Below are positions 58,911 through 64,000 of a stretch of DNA of 64,000 nt, piece by piece. This stretch comes from Octopus vulgaris (taxonomy: Eukaryota). A program made the translations under genes and the position numbers. The DNA is taken from positions 39,308,001 to 39,372,000 of the forward strand of contig OX597822.1 of the NCBI GenBank assembly GCA_951406725.2, given 5' to 3'. The notes under the pieces were generated by a model. That model had not been told where the DNA came from and did no database searches. It worked only from the letters and a program-made list of their open reading frames with translations. The number at the start of each line of letters is the position of its first letter. Position 1 is the first letter of the stretch.

Positions 58911-60767
58911 TCCGTTCCCCGTCCCTTTTTCTTTCCTATAATATTTTGTTTACAACAATATTATTATGCTCCAAGTTTACAGCCAACGCTACCTTCACTG
59001 TATTTTGCCCAGCTTAATATACTGCATGAAGGCGGTTAGCTGGCAGAAACGTTAGTACGCCGGGCGAAATGCTGAGCGGTATTTCGACTGCTGCTACGTT
59101 CTGAGTTCAAATTCCGCCGAGGTCGACTTTGCCTTTCATCCTTTCGGGGTCGATTAAACAATTACCAGTTACGCACTGGGCTCGATATAATCGACTTAAT
59201 CCGTCTGTCTGTCTTTGTTTATCTCCTCTGTGGGCAGTAAGGAAATAAGAGTCGTTAGTGCGTCGGACAAAGCTTAGCGACATATCTTCCGGTTCTTTTC
59301 GTTCTGAGTCTTAATCCTGCTGAGGTCAACTTTTCCTTTCAACCCCTCGGGATGGTCGATAAAATAAAGTGCCCGTTAAGTACTGAAGATGATGCGATCG
59401 GCTTTCCTCTCCCCTCAAAAATTTCCGTCCTTGAACTCTGCAACGAACCGGCTTATAAGCACCATGGAAACGGAGTATCCGGTCTTATTAGTCCAACAGT
59501 TTGAGAAAGAAGAAAAAACCCCCCCAAAATCCCCAAACAATATATTGAACATCATCCAAGTTACGAAATTGCACATGGGCAAAAACAGGTCACCGATTGA
59601 ATGACTTCTTCCATAAACATCTTAATGCCTATAACTGGTATTCTGAGACGGGCTGCGGGTTTTACTGATAGCGAGTTGTCTCCCTTGCCGGACATTGTTA
59701 ACAGTGCATAACAGGAACTGTGGAAGGATATAAATAGTGGACTTCTGGAACACGTAGGGAGGAGCCACTGCCGTGAGATTCCCCGTGCTACAGCAGGACT
59801 CGGACATTGTTATGCAACATTCATTGTAGTATCCCACCATCTACGGACGATATTACCTGGATAGCAGTTCTAACAGGTCATTACTCATTGACACGAATCA
59901 GTCCCTACCAGGTGAGAAGACATTCTAGTAACAACGTACAGGAACTCTTCAGAGCCGTAGTTTAACCATCTGAACATTGCTCTGACCCCATCGCAATGTG
60001 TCGCATTAGAACAACACTACGGTTCAATTGAGAGCCGCAAGTACAAGGAAATCAGTCTGCACCACCTCTTTGCCAGGTAGGTAGGAATGTACACCGCAAC
60101 CTCTTCCTTTCGTGTTGACTTTCACCCTACATGCCCTTCTAGTCTACTTCCTGCAGGCTCACTTCCATTACTCTTCTTCTCATTATTTTCTATGCTGGTT
60201 ACACATGGCGATGTGTTTATAGGTTTGTTTAGTGCAAATGCCTATCCTCACGCGCACTCGCGTTTGTGTACGTGACTATTCTAATACATACGTGTGTGTG
60301 CATGTGTATTGCGCATGTGTGTGTGTGTGTGGTCTGTCAGAGAAGTGTACTGCCATGTGTTTATCATGCAAGGTCACTGAGTACCAGACAAACCTTCCGT
60401 TATCAAGTAGTGACCATCCTCAGCGATACATGACACAGCACTTTTGGAATTTTTCGTTAATAATGGTTGAGAGTAATTTATAAAGCAGGGTAGCTTCTCA
60501 TACCAACCACCATAACAAGGTTATTGTTGTTGTTGTTGTTGTTGTTGTCATCGTTGTCGTTGATTAGACTTACACCTATCTATAATCGAAGATATTCTTA
60601 CCGAGACTATCTTCTCAGAGCATCAAGGAACACATTATGTAAAGCGCCTTCTAAAACAGAAGCCCACAACCACCGGTTGCAGGCCGGCCCGAACCATGAA
60701 GCGTTTGATACTGGACTACACAGAAAGAAAACATTTAAAAACTTTTATTTCTATTTTATTCACAATA

Positions 60768-60938
60768 GGCGCAGGAGTAGCTATATGGTAAGTAGCATGC
60801 TTACCAACCACATAGTCCCGGGTTCAGTCCCACTGCGCGGCACCTTGGGCAAGTGTCTTCTACTATAGCTTCGGGCCGACCAAAGCCTTGTGAGTGGATT
60901 TGGTAGACGGAAACTGAAAGAAGCCCGTCGTATATATG

Positions 60939-60971
<33 letters not shown>

Positions 60972-61200
60972 GCGTATATGTGTTTGTGTGTCTGTGTTTG
61001 TCCCCCCAACATCACTTGACAACCGATGCTGGTGTGTTTACGTCCCCGTAGCTTAGCGGTTCGGCAAAAGAGATCGATAGAATAAGTACTAGGCTTACAA
61101 AGAATAAGCTGTGGGTTCGATTTGCTCGACTGTAAAGGAAATGCTCCAGCATGGTCGCAGTCAAATGACTGAAACAAGTAAAAGAGAGTAAAAGAGTAAA
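60768..61200 (+). mobile_element. SINE family A, full length
   Basis: GGCGCAGGAGTAGC...GGGTTCAGTCCC...CACCTTGGGCAAGTGTCTT...GTAAAAGAGAGTAAAAGAG. Confidence 0.9.
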
Positions 61201-62047
61201 TCATAATCTTCAAGGTTTTTTGAAAACCACATACACCACATACACCTCAGTGCTCAAGGTTACAAAAAAAGTAAGACCGTTGCTTATAGTAAACCCCTCA
61301 ATCAAAATTATTAACTTAGGTCCTGTAAAAATTGATACATTTTTGACCGTATATAACTGTTACAAGAAATATTGGTGTTGCATTCTCGATGCTAAGTCTA
61401 TTTTAAATTACAAAGATTTTCTTTCAAGACATTCACAACTTACTGAGCCTTTTGTTTCCAAGGCAACGCCGACTATATTTTTAATACACATACCTACCTA
61501 CCTACCTACCTACCTACCTACCTACCTACCTACCTACCTACCTACCTACCTACCTACCTACATACATACATACATACATACATACATACATGCATACATA
61601 CATAATACATACGTACATAAGTGTGTATGAATGTATATATTTATATGTATATATGCATGAGTATACATATAAATATATATATATGTATATATATATGTGT
61701 GTGTGTGTGTGCGTGTGTGTGTAGGCATGTATATATGCATACATGCGTATATATATATATATTTATATATATGCACATATTAATATTTCTGTTTATGTTC
61801 GAGTTGTAATAAAAGTAATTTCAAAGCCCACTGAAGGCTTAGAGGCCACACACACACACACACACACACCTTACAAATACACTCATAACGCGTTGGCCAA
61901 CCTGAAGTTATAGTACAAAACACTTGCCCAAGGCGACACGCAGAGGGACTGAACCCGGAAACATGTGGTTGGGAAGTAAGCTTCTCACTACACATCCACG
62001 CCTGCACCTAATATATATATGTGTGTGTATATATATATATATGTACA

Positions 62048-62095
<48 letters not shown>

Positions 62096-62115
62096 TATAC
62101 ACATGCATGTATGTA

Positions 62116-62166
<51 letters not shown>

Positions 62167-62290
62167 GTATATATGTATATACATATATGTATGTATATAC
62201 AAGTATGTGTATATATTTATGTATATATATATATATACAAGTATATATACATACGTATGTATGTGGTATATATATGTATATATATATGTG

Positions 62291-62345
<55 letters not shown>

Positions 62346-62843
62346 ATATATGCACACATGTAGGCATATTCACATATGCATTAGCATGCGTACACTTACG
62401 TCCACACACTTGCAAATGTGAATCTAAAGCGTGCGTGAACACGTGTTTATGAATGTCTGTGCATATATACACACGCATGCTTATATGTCTTTATACATAC
62501 ACACGCGCGTACTTACATTATACACGCTGACGCACATACATACACTCACACACACACACACATGCATACGCCTGAATACTTTTAATAAAACTCACAAGCA
62601 GACGGCTTTTTGCGTAATTGTTTGCGTGAACATGTATGTACTTATACATGCATTTACGTACTTATGCGCGTATGCGTATGCATGTCTCTCTCTCTCTCTA
62701 TATATACATGCACGCATGTCTGCTATATATATATATATACATTATATATATATGCATGTATGTATGCATGTATCAATTTATGAATATATGTATGTTATAG
62801 TATACTATGCATGTACTTTTGTATAAGTGTTTTCGTGTGAATG

Positions 62844-62903
<60 letters not shown>

Positions 62904-64000
62904 GTACATATATGTTCGTGCAAACGATTGTTTGTGATTCTCTACATCTCTACCTGGGTCTCCATGACATACAAGTACCGGAAACTATTAAAAGGATTAT
63001 TTGAACAAAGCAGACGACATCTCAGAAAACGTAGACGTTACTTAAGTAGCCATTTTGCAAGAAACACACGTTTTCCCAATTTTCAATTATCTTCCCGCTA
63101 TTTTGTTTTAGCATTTATCATTTTTCCTCTTCATGTTGATTCTGCCATTCTTCTTCTTCTTCTTCTTCTTCTTCTTCTTCTTCTTCTTCTTCTTCTTCTT
63201 CTTCTTCTTCTTCTTCTTCTTCTTCTTCTTCTTCTTCTTCTTCTTCTTCTTCTTCTTCTTCTTCTTCTCCTCCTCCTTCTTCTTCCACCTCCCCCTCTTC
63301 CTCCTGTTGCTCAGCTTTCAGTCAATTTTTTTCCTACTAATCATCACCCCCACCTCCCCGTCGCCTCCGCCGCCTCCTCCGCCTTCACCGCCACCGTCGC
63401 CAACGCCACTCTTTATACAAGCTACATATGTGCATACATATATGCGTTCAATATTATTACTATTATCATCACCATCATCATCATCGTCATCATTGTCACT
63501 ACTCACCATTACCACCATCACCACCACCACCACCACCACCACCACCACCACCACCACCACTACCGTCATCATCATCATCATCATCACCATTCTTCTTCAT
63601 TCTTCTTCGTATTAGTATCCTATCTTCCATCATTATTATGTTTGATACATCTTATACTTCACTTACTTTGTCTTCGTTGCACCCACCCTGCCCGCAGGCA
63701 AACTCCCTCACTCCGTACCCGTCCCTTATTTACCGAACTACACCTCACCCTACATCCACCTTCACTCTGTACCCGTCCCCAGATACATTGAACCACGCCC
63801 AGCTGCCTGTCCTCTCCCCCTCTACCCAGACAGTAGATCCAGGAGATGAGTCCCAAATTACGTTGCTGTTTCTAATATCGTTACGGCACACCTTCTTTGC
63901 ACGCTATGCTAGAAACAACAGCCAAATCACACGCGACAATGTTTTAAATAATGGGGAAAGAAAGAAACAAATAACCAGATTAAATACATTATATAGAGAA

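Noticed and set aside
59420-60080. Degraded Ty3/gypsy gag-protease relic (LLIDT-like motif)
   Set aside because: Similarity too weak without a profile search
62928-63791. 287-aa ORF with poly-Leu and poly-His
   Set aside because: Built from (CTT)n and (CAC/CAT)n repeats

Overview
Eukaryotic, AT-rich, very microsatellite-dense non-genic DNA. The SINE families and repeat style suggest a cephalopod (Octopus) genome; this is inference from recall, not a search result. I found no intact host protein-coding gene, rRNA, true tRNA or CRISPR array, and almost all ORFs in the track are translations of simple repeats. Recognisable content: (1) R4/Dong-type RLE non-LTR retrotransposons inserted in (TAA)n, including a 10-kb co-oriented train (40.5-50.6 kb) alternating with an unnamed ~550-bp non-coding TAA-embedded element (family D); (2) L1/Tx1-type LINE pieces, the youngest inside a (TATC)n array; (3) Penelope-like GIY-YIG fragments and four sequence-unrelated short elements carrying minimal type-I hammerhead ribozyme folds, three as divergent inverted pairs and one with a tRNA-like head; (4) a truncated Tc1-like DD36E transposon, hAT and pogo MITEs, a non-autonomous Helitron and RTE relics; (5) many modular tRNA-derived SINEs; (6) a 49-bp minisatellite and a long fold-back. 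The best candidates for an undescribed system are the hammerhead-bearing non-autonomous elements and the TAA-targeted Dong/D pair. Boundaries of degraded elements are approximate.
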